The notes: generated by a model from the letters alone, not told the origin. 64,000 bases of DNA from an uncultured Alteromonadaceae bacterium (GCA_947503265.1 CANNDC010000021.1:4797-68796), one strand, 5' to 3'. Positions 29,602 to 39,650 are shown, counted from the first letter of the stretch. Made by a program: numbers and translations.

Positions 29602-29610
29602 TTATCCACA
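29602..29610 (+). promoter_or_regulatory. Consensus DnaA box TTATCCACA
   Basis: Exact 9-mer in the fimV-asd intergenic region. Confidence 0.6.
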
Positions 29611-29808
29611 AGTCTAGGGTATTAGATCTGGTCTTCGCTATGGATTAATTATTTGACCGCGTAATATAAACCACTTCATTCAGATGATCTAGCAAACAAG
29701 GGACTGATTATCCATGTTAACTGTATATCGGCAGTAGACGAAAAAAATTGACCAAACAATCTCAATTTTATTGAGAACATTTGGCCAATCTTGATAGTTA
29801 GCCTGATG

Positions 29809-29817
29809 TGTGGATAA
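29809..29817 (-). promoter_or_regulatory. Consensus DnaA box (TGTGGATAA on plus)
   Basis: Exact 9-mer, inverted partner of 29602-29610. Confidence 0.6.
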
Positions 29818-29912
29818 GAGGTGTCGGTTCTTTACAAACTTAGTATATATTTCAATATGTTAAATGGATGCAAAGCCGTATTTTCTACCTTTTCCCGAGA
29901 GAATAGCGATGT

Positions 29913-30929
29913 TTATAAGTAATCTCTTACTAACACTTCAGCAATTTGGATACTATTTGTGGCAGCACCTTTGCGAACATTGTCTGATACTACCCACATA
30001 TTAATGCCGTTTGGATGAGATATATCATTTCTTACTCGTCCAACGAAAACGTCGTCATGTCCGCTAGCATCACCAACTTGTGTTGGGAATTCTTCTCTAT
30101 CTTCTTTCAGTACAACTCCTGGCGCTTCTGCAAGTAGGCGCTTAACTTCCTCAGCATCAATTGGCGAACGTGTTTCAATATGAAGCGCTTCACCATGACC
30201 AAAAAATACAGGAATTCGAACAGCAGTAGCGTTAACCAAAATGCTTTCATCACCTAAGATTTTTTGCGTTTCCCAAACCATTTTCATTTCTTCTTTGGTG
30301 TAATCGTTATCCAAGAATACATCGATTTGAGGAATGGCATTGAATGCTATTTGTCGGCTAAACGATTCTACTTTAACTTCTTTTCCGCTCAATAAATCAG
30401 TAGTTTGCTTAGCCAATTCTTCCATCGCAGATTTACCCGCACCAGAAACGGACTGATAAGTGCAGACATTGAGACGCTCGATGCCTACCGCTTCTTGGAT
30501 TGGTTTCAAAGCAACCATCATTTGGATAGTCGAGCAATTTGGATTGGCGATGATATTACGGTTACGAAAATCAGCCAGTGCATGAGAATTGACTTCAGGA
30601 ACAACTAAAGGAATATCAGGTTCGTAACGATAGTGTGATGTATTGTCTATCACAACACAACCGGCTTCAGCTGCAATAGGCGCAAACTTTTCAGACACAC
30701 TTCCACCAGCGGAGAAGAAACCAATTTGGACTTGCGACCAATCAAATTCGTCGGCATCTAACACTTTAATTTCTTTGCCTTTGAAGGTCACGGTGCCACC
30801 GGCTGAGCGACTGCTTGCCAGAGGATAAAGCGTATTTACCGGAAAATCCCTTTGTTCAAGGATTTCTATCATATGTTGACCAACCAGACCAGTTGCTCCA
30901 AGAACAGCAACATCAAAAGCGCGAGACAT
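29913..30929 (-). CDS. asd: Aspartate-semialdehyde dehydrogenase (Asd/Usg type)
   Basis: VLGATGLVG, IANPNCST, DNVRKGAATN. Confidence 0.95.
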   Translation of the reverse strand: MSRAFDVAVLGATGLVGQHMIEILEQRDFPVNTLYPLASSRSAGGTVTFKGKEIKVLDADEFDWSQVQIGFFSAGGSVSEKFAPIAAEAGCVVIDNTSHYRYEPDIPLVVPEVNSHALADFRNRNIIANPNCSTIQMMVALKPIQEAVGIERLNVCTYQSVSGAGKSAMEELAKQTTDLLSGKEVKVESFSRQIAFNAIPQIDVFLDNDYTKEEMKMVWETQKILGDESILVNATAVRIPVFFGHGEALHIETRSPIDAEEVKRLLAEAPGVVLKEDREEFPTQVGDASGHDDVFVGRVRNDISHPNGINMWVVSDNVRKGAATNSIQIAEVLVRDYL

Positions 30930-30969
30930 TAATTTTTAACTCCTAAATTAGATTAGTCGTAAGCGAAAA

Positions 30970-32097
30970 CTAGTCTTCGTTTACAACGTCAGAAAAACCG
31001 AGCCGTAAGAGTGCCTTTGTTGGAGAGAAATTTCCAGCTTTTAGGGCCACAGAAGCTAATTCTCTTCTTATAGCATAGTGTTTTCGGCTATAAATGAACT
31101 GTTCGCCCGTTAACACCTGGTTTTTGAAGGCCAGATCATCTTTCGAAGCATTATATACGCTAAGTAAACAAGAATGAATTTGTTGCCACGGGTCGGAGTG
31201 ACATATCTCAATTGAGGGTGCAGGTGGCAAACAACTTTCGAAGGATTTACTCTTTTTAAGTTGAAACCGCTCACAAATTTGTTCGTACAACATGTAGGTT
31301 CCCCTCGCTTTGCCTTCAACTGTATGACCAGCGATATGTTGGGTGGCAATTTTGATATAAGGAACCAGAGAAAAGTTGATATTTGGTTCATTTTCCCAAA
31401 CATCCAGAATCAAATTCATCTTTTTGCCCGATTCGAATAAGGTTAATGCTGCCTTGTTGTCTAGCACTTCACCTCGACAGGCGTTAATCAGTAGTTGGTG
31501 CTCGGATAATTGATCGAGCCTAGCGTAGTCGAACATATAGCCTGTTGCATATTCGCCTTCCCGTACAAAAGGAACGTGCAAACTAATAATGTCACATTGG
31601 CAAATTTCATCCAGCGTGTGATATGCCCTGCAATCGTTTTGAGCTTGCAACGGTGGATCACATAACAAGTATTTAATTCCTAATCCGTCTAGCCTGTCTG
31701 CCAAGGCGCTGCCAACATGACCAGCGCCAACAATACCAACGCGTTTTTCTTGCAAAGACGCTAAATCATTTTCATAACAAACCAACATACAACTCAACAC
31801 ATATTCCGCAACAGCAATGGCGTTGCACCCGCCAGCATCGCCATAGTCTAGTCCTATTGACTGAAGATAAGCTTTGTCCATGTGGTCAGAGCCCGCGGTT
31901 GCTGTAGAAACATATTGAAGATTTTTGGCAAGATGAAGTAAAGATTCATTTACTTTGGTTGTTGAGCGCACTAGCAATACATCTGCATCAATCAAGGTTT
32001 CAGGTTTGATTGTTTGGGCAGAAAAAGATTCGCACTCACCAATTTCGGAAAAATAAAATTCGCCGTATGGCATGGAATCTTCATAATAAATCTTCAT
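30970..32097 (-). CDS. pdxB: 4-phosphoerythronate dehydrogenase
   Basis: LLVRSTTKV, TATAGSDH, GIVGAGHVG, INACRG, DVWENEP, HIAGHT; pdxB-asd synteny. Confidence 0.95.
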   Translation of the reverse strand: MKIYYEDSMPYGEFYFSEIGECESFSAQTIKPETLIDADVLLVRSTTKVNESLLHLAKNLQYVSTATAGSDHMDKAYLQSIGLDYGDAGGCNAIAVAEYVLSCMLVCYENDLASLQEKRVGIVGAGHVGSALADRLDGLGIKYLLCDPPLQAQNDCRAYHTLDEICQCDIISLHVPFVREGEYATGYMFDYARLDQLSEHQLLINACRGEVLDNKAALTLFESGKKMNLILDVWENEPNINFSLVPYIKIATQHIAGHTVEGKARGTYMLYEQICERFQLKKSKSFESCLPPAPSIEICHSDPWQQIHSCLLSVYNASKDDLAFKNQVLTGEQFIYSRKHYAIRRELASVALKAGNFSPTKALLRLGFSDVVNED

Positions 32098-32167
32098 CTT
32101 TGCGGAGTTTCCCTCTAAACAGTGTTAAATCACGTATTTTGAGCTAACTCCCCTTAAGATGCTATCG

Positions 32168-32195
32168 CTAATTAACCCTAACTTGGGTTAATTAG
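32168..32195 (-). terminator. Hairpin downstream of the class II aldolase gene
   Basis: CTAATTAACCC-TAACTT-GGGTTAATTAG perfect 11-bp stem, 12 bp after the stop. Confidence 0.5.
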
Positions 32196-32207
32196 GGGCT
32201 GTTGAAC

Positions 32208-32963
32208 CTAATCAGCGTACCCCGGATTAATACGATCGAGCTTTCTGAGAATCCCTGGCCAGGCTAGATTCCCACCGGCGGAGCGAGTGACTTGTTCAGC
32301 TTGTGCTTGGATTCCTTGCAAAATTGGATCAGGTATTGGAATCATCTCCTGGCCAGTGGACTGGGCCATTAGTTGAATCTCACAACTTCGTTGCAGCAGA
32401 AACATGTAGATAAATGCATCAGGTATACTTTCAGCACAAGTAAGTAAGCCGTGATTGCGCAATATCATAAACGAATTTTTACCTAAATCGGCGACCAAAC
32501 GCTGCTTTTCGTCTGGGTTTAATGCTACCCCTTCATAGTCGTGATATGACATAGATGACAAGGCAAAAAGCGACTGTTGACTATATGCTTGCAAGCCACT
32601 TTTTAACGTCGATATCGCTATTCCCGCGTTTGTGTGTAAATGCAAAACACATTTAGCATCTTCTCGAGCTTCATGAACTGCGCTATGAATGGTAAATCCT
32701 GCGGGATTAATATCGAATTCCGAATCCATCACTTTATTACCCTGCAAATCTACTTTGACTAGGTTAGAAGCGGTGATTTCTTCAAAAAACATTCCATAGG
32801 GATTGATAAGAAAATGGTGCTCAGGGCCAGGTACACGGGCAGAGATGTGGGTGAAAACTAAATCATCCCATCCATAACTGGCCACTATTCGATAACATGC
32901 AGCCAAGTCGACTCTTGTCTGCCACTCTTCTTCACTCACCAAGTTTTTAACTGAATTTGCCAT
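32208..32963 (-). CDS. Class II aldolase/adducin family protein
   Basis: RVDLAACYR, HISARVPG, FTIHSAVH, HLHT, LRNHGLL. Confidence 0.93.
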   Translation of the reverse strand: MANSVKNLVSEEEWQTRVDLAACYRIVASYGWDDLVFTHISARVPGPEHHFLINPYGMFFEEITASNLVKVDLQGNKVMDSEFDINPAGFTIHSAVHEAREDAKCVLHLHTNAGIAISTLKSGLQAYSQQSLFALSSMSYHDYEGVALNPDEKQRLVADLGKNSFMILRNHGLLTCAESIPDAFIYMFLLQRSCEIQLMAQSTGQEMIPIPDPILQGIQAQAEQVTRSAGGNLAWPGILRKLDRINPGYAD

Positions 32964-33027
32964 GCATTACACTTCCAACCATTGCTTTAAACTATCGCAT
33001 ACCCTAATCAATAAAAGTGGACTAAAC

Positions 33028-33043
33028 TGTCGTCAAGTTGACA
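33028..33043. promoter_or_regulatory. CRP-family-like palindrome between the divergent aldolase and Crp/Fnr genes
   Basis: TGTCG-TCAAGT-TGACA (TGT-N10-ACA geometry). Confidence 0.45.
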
Positions 33044-33062
33044 TTCTTGAGATTAACCAACA

Positions 33063-33755
33063 GTGCAGTTAAAACAAATCCGGCAGATTTTGCTTCATAA
33101 TCCTTGGTTTAATCAATTACCTGATGGTGTCATAGGCAAGTTGGTCGAGCAGTGCAAAGTAAAAACCTTGAAAAAATCGCAGATATTGCACGCTAAAAAT
33201 GACACGGCTGATGGCTTTTACTGTGTGCTAGATGGACGTATTCGAGTCAGCAATGTCAACAGTGAAGGTAAGGAAATGGTGCTAACTTGGTTATCAAAAG
33301 GGGCGTGGTTTGGCGAAATATCACTTTTCGACGGTCTACCTAGAACTCATGATGCCCACGCCGATCAGGATACCAGTTTATTGATGTTGCCCAATAGCGC
33401 ATTTCAAAAGCTATTAAAAGAGCAACCACAGCTGTATCCGCATTTTATGCGATTGTTATGTCAGCGAATTCGCGCAACCTTTTCGCTGATTGACGAAACC
33501 GGTGGACTGAGCTTGAAAGGACAACTGGCTAAGCGTTTATTGTTGCTATGCAATGGTTTGTCTCAGACGAATGCTGCCGAGAAAATTAGCCGAGTCAAAA
33601 TATCACAAGAATCGCTAGCGCAAATGATTAACAGCTCAAGACAAACGGTTAATAAGCTGCTTAACGAGCTTAAACGAGAGAATATCATTACTTCAGCCTA
33701 CGGTAAGATTGAAATACTGGATTTTAGTCAATTGGAAAAGCTGAGTGAGATATAA
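33063..33755 (+). CDS. Crp/Fnr family transcriptional regulator
   Basis: cNMP domain FGEISLFDGLPRT; HTH SQESLAQMINSSRQTVNKLL. Confidence 0.93.
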   Translation: MQLKQIRQILLHNPWFNQLPDGVIGKLVEQCKVKTLKKSQILHAKNDTADGFYCVLDGRIRVSNVNSEGKEMVLTWLSKGAWFGEISLFDGLPRTHDAHADQDTSLLMLPNSAFQKLLKEQPQLYPHFMRLLCQRIRATFSLIDETGGLSLKGQLAKRLLLLCNGLSQTNAAEKISRVKISQESLAQMINSSRQTVNKLLNELKRENIITSAYGKIEILDFSQLEKLSEI

Positions 33756-33763
33756 AAGAAAGA

Positions 33764-33800
33764 TGCAGGCTCAACGGCACGAAAATGCGTTGAGCCTACA
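33764..33800. terminator. Hairpin between convergent crp-like gene and fabB
   Basis: AGGCTCAACG...CGTTGAGCCT 10-bp stem. Confidence 0.6.
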
Positions 33801-33818
33801 ATAACTAGAGAGTATTTA

Positions 33819-35033
33819 TCAGTCTTGATAACGCGAAAACACTAAGGTCGCGTTCGTTCCACCAAAACCAAAGCTATTAGACATGATGGTGTTCAATTTT
33901 GCCTGACGAGGTTCAGTTACTACATCCAACCCTTTGGCCGCCTCATCCAAGTTATCGATATTGATCGACGGAGCGATGAAATCGTTTTCCATCATTAGGA
34001 TGCTGTAGATAGCTTCATTTACACCGGCCGCACCCAATGCATGACCAGTCATTGATTTAGTTGAACTAATAGCTGGACCGTCAGCGCCAAACACTTCTTG
34101 AATAGCACCCAGCTCTTTAACATCACCTACAGGTGTTGACGTACCATGGGTATTCAAATAATCGATTTTCTGATCTATATTTTCCATAGCCATCTGCATA
34201 CATCTGACAGCACCTTCACCTGATGGCGCAACCATATCTACACCATCAGAAGTGGCACCATATCCTACTACTTCAGCATAGATCTTAGCGCCGCGAGCCA
34301 AAGCATGTTCTAGTTCTTCAACTACGACCATACCGCCGCCACCTGAGCTAACAAACCCGTCTCTATCTGCATCATAGGTTCTCGAAGCGACTGATGGGTT
34401 GTCATTGAACTTAGAAGACAAGGCTCCCATGGCGTCAAATTGAACGGACAGGGTCCAGTCTAATTCTTCACCGCCACCGGCGAACACAACGTCTTGTTTG
34501 TTTAATTGGATTAACTCAAGTGCGTTACCAATACAATGAGCACTAGTAGCGCAGGCCGACGCGATAGAATAATTAATACCTTTGATTTTAAATGGCGTAG
34601 CTAAGCAGGCAGATACTGTGCTCGCCATAGACTTGGTAACCATATAAGGACCAACTCGTTTAACCCCTTTTTCACGCAAGATATCAGCTGATGCAACTTG
34701 TGCACTCGATGAGGCTCCGCCCGAACCGGCAATAATACCCGTACGAACATTCGATACCTGATCTTCTGAAAGACCTGAATCTTCGACGGCTTGTTGCATT
34801 GCAATGTAAGCGTATGCTGGAGCATCACCCATAAAGCGCAATTGCTTTCTATCGATGTGATCTTTGAAGTCGATATCCACTTTGCCCCAAACTTGGCTTC
34901 GCAATCCCATTTCGGCAAATTGTTCTGAAAACGTAATGCCAGAGCGACCTTTTTGCAAAGAGTCCAACACTTCTTCCTGATTGTTTCCGATACTAGAAAC
35001 TACTCCGATACCCGTGATTACCGCTCTTCTCAT
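33819..35033 (-). CDS. fabB: 3-oxoacyl-ACP synthase I
   Basis: [44 protein letters not shown]. Confidence 0.98.
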   Translation of the reverse strand: MRRAVITGIGVVSSIGNNQEEVLDSLQKGRSGITFSEQFAEMGLRSQVWGKVDIDFKDHIDRKQLRFMGDAPAYAYIAMQQAVEDSGLSEDQVSNVRTGIIAGSGGASSSAQVASADILREKGVKRVGPYMVTKSMASTVSACLATPFKIKGINYSIASACATSAHCIGNALELIQLNKQDVVFAGGGEELDWTLSVQFDAMGALSSKFNDNPSVASRTYDADRDGFVSSGGGGMVVVEELEHALARGAKIYAEVVGYGATSDGVDMVAPSGEGAVRCMQMAMENIDQKIDYLNTHGTSTPVGDVKELGAIQEVFGADGPAISSTKSMTGHALGAAGVNEAIYSILMMENDFIAPSINIDNLDEAAKGLDVVTEPRQAKLNTIMSNSFGFGGTNATLVFSRYQD

Positions 35034-35100
35034 GATTTTCCTCTACCTTAAAATCTTAGGACTTAACTCTGTCTAGATATGATAATGTTTTTGTAGAAAT

Positions 35101-35117
35101 AACTGGTCTGCTCTTTT
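35101..35117. promoter_or_regulatory. Possible FadR site overlapping the -35 of the fabB promoter
   Basis: AACTGGTC-T-GCTCTTTT; minus-strand TATCAT -10 at 35079-35084. Confidence 0.4.
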
Positions 35118-35188
35118 GTGAATAAATCACACACGTATTACACTAACGCTCGAAAATTTTAGCACAATTATGGATACAAGGTCTGAAC

Positions 35189-37216
35189 TTGAGCATACGT
35201 ACTGCAAGTATACAATTTATAGACGATGGAGTGCCTCATGCGCAAGAATTTGGTGATCACTATTTTTCAGATATTGATGGCCTAGCAGAAACTCGGTATG
35301 TATTTATTCAGCAAAACGACCTAGAATCTCGTTGGCAGCAAGCTGTCAAGAAAGATCAGAAAACTCCCTTTGTTATTGCTGAAACTGGGTTTGGTACTGG
35401 ACTAAACTTTTTAGCCACATGGCAGGCATTCAAGAATTTCAAACAAACTAATCCAAATTCAGAATCATATCGACTGCACTTTATCAGTACTGAAAAGTTT
35501 CCGTTAGCCTTGCAAGATCTCGAAACAGCGCTAAGTAAATGGCTGGAATTGCAGCCCTTGTCCCAGCAGTTAATTGAAAGTTACCCTCATTTAACCCCGG
35601 GTTGTCATCGATTGGTATTTGAAAATGGGCACGTGGTGTTGGATTTATGGTTAGGAGATGTCCGTGAAACGCTACCTCTCATCCACAATACACCGCTAGG
35701 CATAGTCGATGCTTGGTATCTGGATGGATTTGCGCCAAGTAAGAATCCGGAGATGTGGACCGACGAGCTATATCAACAAGTTGCAAGATTGAGTAAGGAA
35801 CAAGCAACTTTCGCAACTTTTACAGCGGCTGGTGCAGTAAAAAGAGGGTTAGCATCACACGGATTTACCGTCGAGAAACGCAAAGGGTTTGGACGCAAGC
35901 GAGAAATGCTGATGGGCAGGTTTACGTCCGAAAAAACAGATCGCAAAACCCATAGCTACTTTTTTCGAGAAAAAATGCAGGTTTCCTCTGACGAGATTAG
36001 TATTGCCATTGTCGGTGGAGGCATGGCTTCGGCGAATCTAGCCTACTCACTAACGCAAAGAGGATTCCAAGTTTCGCTGTTTTGTGAGGATGCAACAATC
36101 GCAAAAGGTGCGTCAGGAAATCCTCAAGGAGGCTTCTATCCGCAACTTAACGCAGAAGCGAATATCAGTAGTCAAATACAGGCCCTCGGATTTAACTTTG
36201 CCAAACAACGCTATCGACAGCTTATCTCAAAAGGTTTTGAATTTTCTCATAGCTGGTGTGGTGTTTTACAACTTGCATTCAATGACGCTGTTAAGGATCG
36301 TCAAAAAAAGTTGATAGAAAATCAAACCTGGCCAGAGTCTTTGATTTATGGTGTTAATTCCATTCGAGCTAGTGAAATTGCTAACCTGGACCTACCCTAT
36401 GAGGGTTTATATATTGCCGATGGCGGTTGGATATGCCCACCAGAATTGGTGGCTGCCTTGTTTGAAGCCTGCAATCAAACGGGCTGTTATTCACAACACA
36501 TGGATACCAAAATATCATCCATTGAAAAATGTGATACTGGCTGGAAACTAATTGCTGATCAGCAAAAATTTACTGCAGATGTGGTGGTTTTTGCCAATGG
36601 TGAAAAGTGCATGGATTTAAATGAAAGCGCTCACCTGCCTTTTCAAGCTGTTCGCGGACAAGTAGAAGCAATACCAACCTTCTCCCCCTTATCAAATCTG
36701 AAGACTGTGTTGTGTCACAAGGGATACCTGACACCAGAATTTAATGGCACCCATGCATTGGGTTCTAGCTATTCTAAAAACGATAGAGAAACTGCACAAA
36801 GAGCGTCTGAGTCTGAAAGCAATATTGCAATGCATCTCAAAGCGCTGGAAAAAACAAATTGGATAGAACAATTGAAATCACGGCAACCATTGAGTTCAGC
36901 TAGAGCTGCTATCCGCTGCTCATTGCCCGATCATTTGCCGGTTGTTGGGTCTCTTTTTTCACCCCAGATTCAAACTGAGCAATTCAGTGACTTGTACAAG
37001 GCGTTGCCAATACATCGATATCCTTCAGCAACAAGCCATAAAAATCTTTACGTGTTTTCAGGGTTAGGCTCAAGAGGATTGACCACGGCTCCATTAATGG
37101 CCGAGCTTCTGACGAGTCAAATTGCAGGTGAACCGTTACCTTTAGACTCAACCCTGCTCAATGCGTTGAATCCTAACCGTTTCTTAGTCAAAAAATTGAT
37201 AAAGCGAGAAATCTAA
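35189..37216 (+). CDS. mnmC: Bifunctional tRNA mnm5s2U34 methyltransferase/oxidoreductase
   Basis: ETGFGTGLNF, WYLDGFAPSKNPEMW, KGFGRKREM, GGGMA FAD motif, LGSRGL; divergent from fabB. Confidence 0.98.
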   Translation: MSIRTASIQFIDDGVPHAQEFGDHYFSDIDGLAETRYVFIQQNDLESRWQQAVKKDQKTPFVIAETGFGTGLNFLATWQAFKNFKQTNPNSESYRLHFISTEKFPLALQDLETALSKWLELQPLSQQLIESYPHLTPGCHRLVFENGHVVLDLWLGDVRETLPLIHNTPLGIVDAWYLDGFAPSKNPEMWTDELYQQVARLSKEQATFATFTAAGAVKRGLASHGFTVEKRKGFGRKREMLMGRFTSEKTDRKTHSYFFREKMQVSSDEISIAIVGGGMASANLAYSLTQRGFQVSLFCEDATIAKGASGNPQGGFYPQLNAEANISSQIQALGFNFAKQRYRQLISKGFEFSHSWCGVLQLAFNDAVKDRQKKLIENQTWPESLIYGVNSIRASEIANLDLPYEGLYIADGGWICPPELVAALFEACNQTGCYSQHMDTKISSIEKCDTGWKLIADQQKFTADVVVFANGEKCMDLNESAHLPFQAVRGQVEAIPTFSPLSNLKTVLCHKGYLTPEFNGTHALGSSYSKNDRETAQRASESESNIAMHLKALEKTNWIEQLKSRQPLSSARAAIRCSLPDHLPVVGSLFSPQIQTEQFSDLYKALPIHRYPSATSHKNLYVFSGLGSRGLTTAPLMAELLTSQIAGEPLPLDSTLLNALNPNRFLVKKLIKREI

Positions 37217-37307
37217 GATTCAATATTCGATTGTATTGAAAATTGTCTTGGTTCACCCTGCTCACTATCATGACGCCAAACTTTTCAGTCAGTTCATTTA
37301 CTGAGCA

Positions 37308-37346
37308 CTTTTAGTCAGCGCTTTTAGTCAGCGCTTTTAATCAGTG
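37308..37346 (+). repeat. 13-bp tandem repeat x3 (CTTTTAGTCAGCG)
   Basis: Two exact units 37308-37333 plus a degenerate third overlapping the FlgO stop codon. Confidence 0.8.
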
Positions 37347-38083
37347 CGGACAACAAGGTAGCTAGGTTGCAAAGATTTCACGACGAAATGTGGGATCACT
37401 AAAGATGCACTAGAAACGACTCGTTTGGATTGAATATCAACTACCCTCGCGTTCACCCTAACGCCTTTTTCATTGCGTATTAACGTGCCCGACAAAACGT
37501 AACTCACCGACATACTTGAAGAGAGTTGCTGTGCTTGACGACTGAACACGAAATCACCGGCGCTGTTGACCATAATTTGATCCATAGCTTTAAAATCTGC
37601 TACAGCCACACCGTAACTTTGCATTTCAGACATCAATTGTTCCGCAAGTTGGTTACCTAGTGCACTGCTATTGTTTAACGACTGATCAAAATTCACAAAT
37701 GTTGTCACGCCAACCAAGCTGTCCAAGGGCAAGTTACGTCCATTGTGAATCAGGTTCATGGTCAACTGTTCCGCGTAGTCAGCAAGAGATTTGTGACTAA
37801 ACGAAGGTGAATACAAGGTATTTGGTGTTCGATAAACAACCATGTCTTGTTGATTTTGTTGTGGCTGGGGGGCTAGTTCCCGCGCGACTTTTGCCTTTAA
37901 TTTTTCACGAAATAAAGCACCTTCATCAATTGCGGCGAGTTTGTTCTGCTGCACAGCGGGCGCTTGCTCAGTCTCGTCAGATGAACTGAGCCAATCCGGC
38001 ATTGCAAAGTTAGAATTTGCACAGGCTGACAAAAACAGCCCTGTGAGTAAAATGAATACAAAACGAAAGCAGCCCAACTTCAT
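37337..38083 (-). CDS. FlgO-family outer membrane lipoprotein
   Basis: Lipobox LSAC; VGVTTFVNFD...LAEQL...VADFK...GDFVFSR...VNARVV. Confidence 0.85.
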   Translation of the reverse strand: MKLGCFRFVFILLTGLFLSACANSNFAMPDWLSSSDETEQAPAVQQNKLAAIDEGALFREKLKAKVARELAPQPQQNQQDMVVYRTPNTLYSPSFSHKSLADYAEQLTMNLIHNGRNLPLDSLVGVTTFVNFDQSLNNSSALGNQLAEQLMSEMQSYGVAVADFKAMDQIMVNSAGDFVFSRQAQQLSSSMSVSYVLSGTLIRNEKGVRVNARVVDIQSKRVVSSASLVIPHFVVKSLQPSYLVVRTD

Positions 38084-38085
38084 CG

Positions 38086-38841
38086 TTAGTCTCCTTGTGT
38101 CAGTTTCACGCCATCAACCATGTCATGTTCACTGGGTAAAAGTGCATCGACTACATAAAATGGCATTAACATTTGTGCTGATGCAACGACGGCTTTGGAC
38201 TCAAGCCCTAAAATTCGTGCATTGACCAAATATCCACCCTGATGCTTGGTCATAGTGCCTGTCAGAATATATTGGATTGGCGCCCTTTCCGTTAACTCGA
38301 GAAAATCTCGAGTCAGAAAAAAATCACCATGGTCGGTAACACGAATATATTCAGTTGCTTTAAAGTCAATAACCGGAATTCGGAACTTATGCAGTTCGTG
38401 AATAAAAGACTCTGACAATTGATAACCCAGCAGATTAGTCTTTTGTAGGTTGCTATCAATTAACGCGAAGTTGGTTACACCTATGGGGGTTTGATCAGTC
38501 AAGTACTCCATGTTGGCTACCAAATCTTGAGCCATATTCTGCACATAGTCACCGACATGTTTGGTCAAGATGCGGCCATTATAGGTTCCGTTACCATTGT
38601 CATACTGAGCTTGGTTAGACATAGAACCATAAAGTGAAGAGCCTGAATCTTGTGAAGAGTTCGACATAGTCTGATAACTCTGTGAGGTGCTACCCATTAC
38701 GTTAACGACCTGCATTTCTTGAGGCTGTGCGCCGCTGTCGGGTGTTTCTGTTTCATTACTTGCCCATCCGTCCCAAATAGATGAGTTGGCACATCCTGAC
38801 AATAAAAAGCAAAAAATCGAGGTGAAGATAACTTTAGTCAC
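38086..38841 (-). CDS. FlgO-family outer membrane lipoprotein
   Basis: Lipobox LSGC; IGVTNF...GYQLSESF...VIDFK...GDFFLTR...VNARIL. Confidence 0.85.
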   Translation of the reverse strand: MTKVIFTSIFCFLLSGCANSSIWDGWASNETETPDSGAQPQEMQVVNVMGSTSQSYQTMSNSSQDSGSSLYGSMSNQAQYDNGNGTYNGRILTKHVGDYVQNMAQDLVANMEYLTDQTPIGVTNFALIDSNLQKTNLLGYQLSESFIHELHKFRIPVIDFKATEYIRVTDHGDFFLTRDFLELTERAPIQYILTGTMTKHQGGYLVNARILGLESKAVVASAQMLMPFYVVDALLPSEHDMVDGVKLTQGD

Positions 38842-38857
38842 GGGTGACCCCTTGTAA

Positions 38858-39502
38858 TTATGAATCTGTTCGGTAAATCAAACCATTTCGTGTGGATACT
38901 TTTTCTCTTTCCCAGAAAATATTCGCTGGAAAAAACTTAGTTGCCGAAGCAACCACATCTTTACTGTCGACATGAATAATTCGCGCATTCACAATGGCAC
39001 CCTGTTGTTGCTCGGTAATCGTGCCAGCAATGTAAAAATCAATATCTTGCATCGCATTTAGTCGACTGACATCTCTTGAAAAGACGTAATCCGCATCTTT
39101 GCTAATTACTATATCGTTTGTGGTCTTGTAGTCTTGAGTTATTAATCCAATTCGGCTTGCTTCTGTTACCATTCCCTCAGACAACTGATGACCTAACAAC
39201 ATGAGTGGACCTTGTTGTGAGGGATCAAATTTAAGGGAAGTCACCGGAACAAAGTTGATGACGGCATAACGATATTCTCTGTCGGTACGAACTTGAGAAA
39301 ATAACTCTTGTGCTAGCAAAGCGGTATGGTATTCAATATTCCCTAATGCATGAGGTTCAGAGTTCACCATTGGCGCAGAGGCATTTCCAGAACGATCAGC
39401 GGTGTTGGTGAGTTCATTGGGATCATTTGATACGCAACTCAAACAAAGTATCACGGCTGCTAGGCAAAAAAGATTTTTAATGTGTTTATGAATTGAAAAC
39501 AT
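38858..39502 (-). CDS. FlgO-family outer membrane lipoprotein
   Basis: Lipobox CLSC; GHQLSEGM...QDYK...DYVFSR...VNARII. Confidence 0.8.
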   Translation of the reverse strand: MFSIHKHIKNLFCLAAVILCLSCVSNDPNELTNTADRSGNASAPMVNSEPHALGNIEYHTALLAQELFSQVRTDREYRYAVINFVPVTSLKFDPSQQGPLMLLGHQLSEGMVTEASRIGLITQDYKTTNDIVISKDADYVFSRDVSRLNAMQDIDFYIAGTITEQQQGAIVNARIIHVDSKDVVASATKFFPANIFWEREKVSTRNGLIYRTDS

Positions 39503-39544
39503 TTACTCAGTTTCACTGCAATAGCTATTGATACAGAAAACCTT

Positions 39545-39560
39545 CGCAATAAATGCGCCA
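39545..39560 (-). promoter_or_regulatory. sigma54-type promoter of the FlgO triplet
   Basis: Minus strand TGGCGC-N5-TTGCG (GG-N10-GC), 43 bp upstream of the first start codon. Confidence 0.65.
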
Positions 39561-39650
39561 AATAAGCAAATGCGCTTATTTACTGCCTAATCTTGTATAA
39601 ATCCGTTGAATTGAATTAATTGTGTCGTGGAAAACGGCAATCCATTACCT

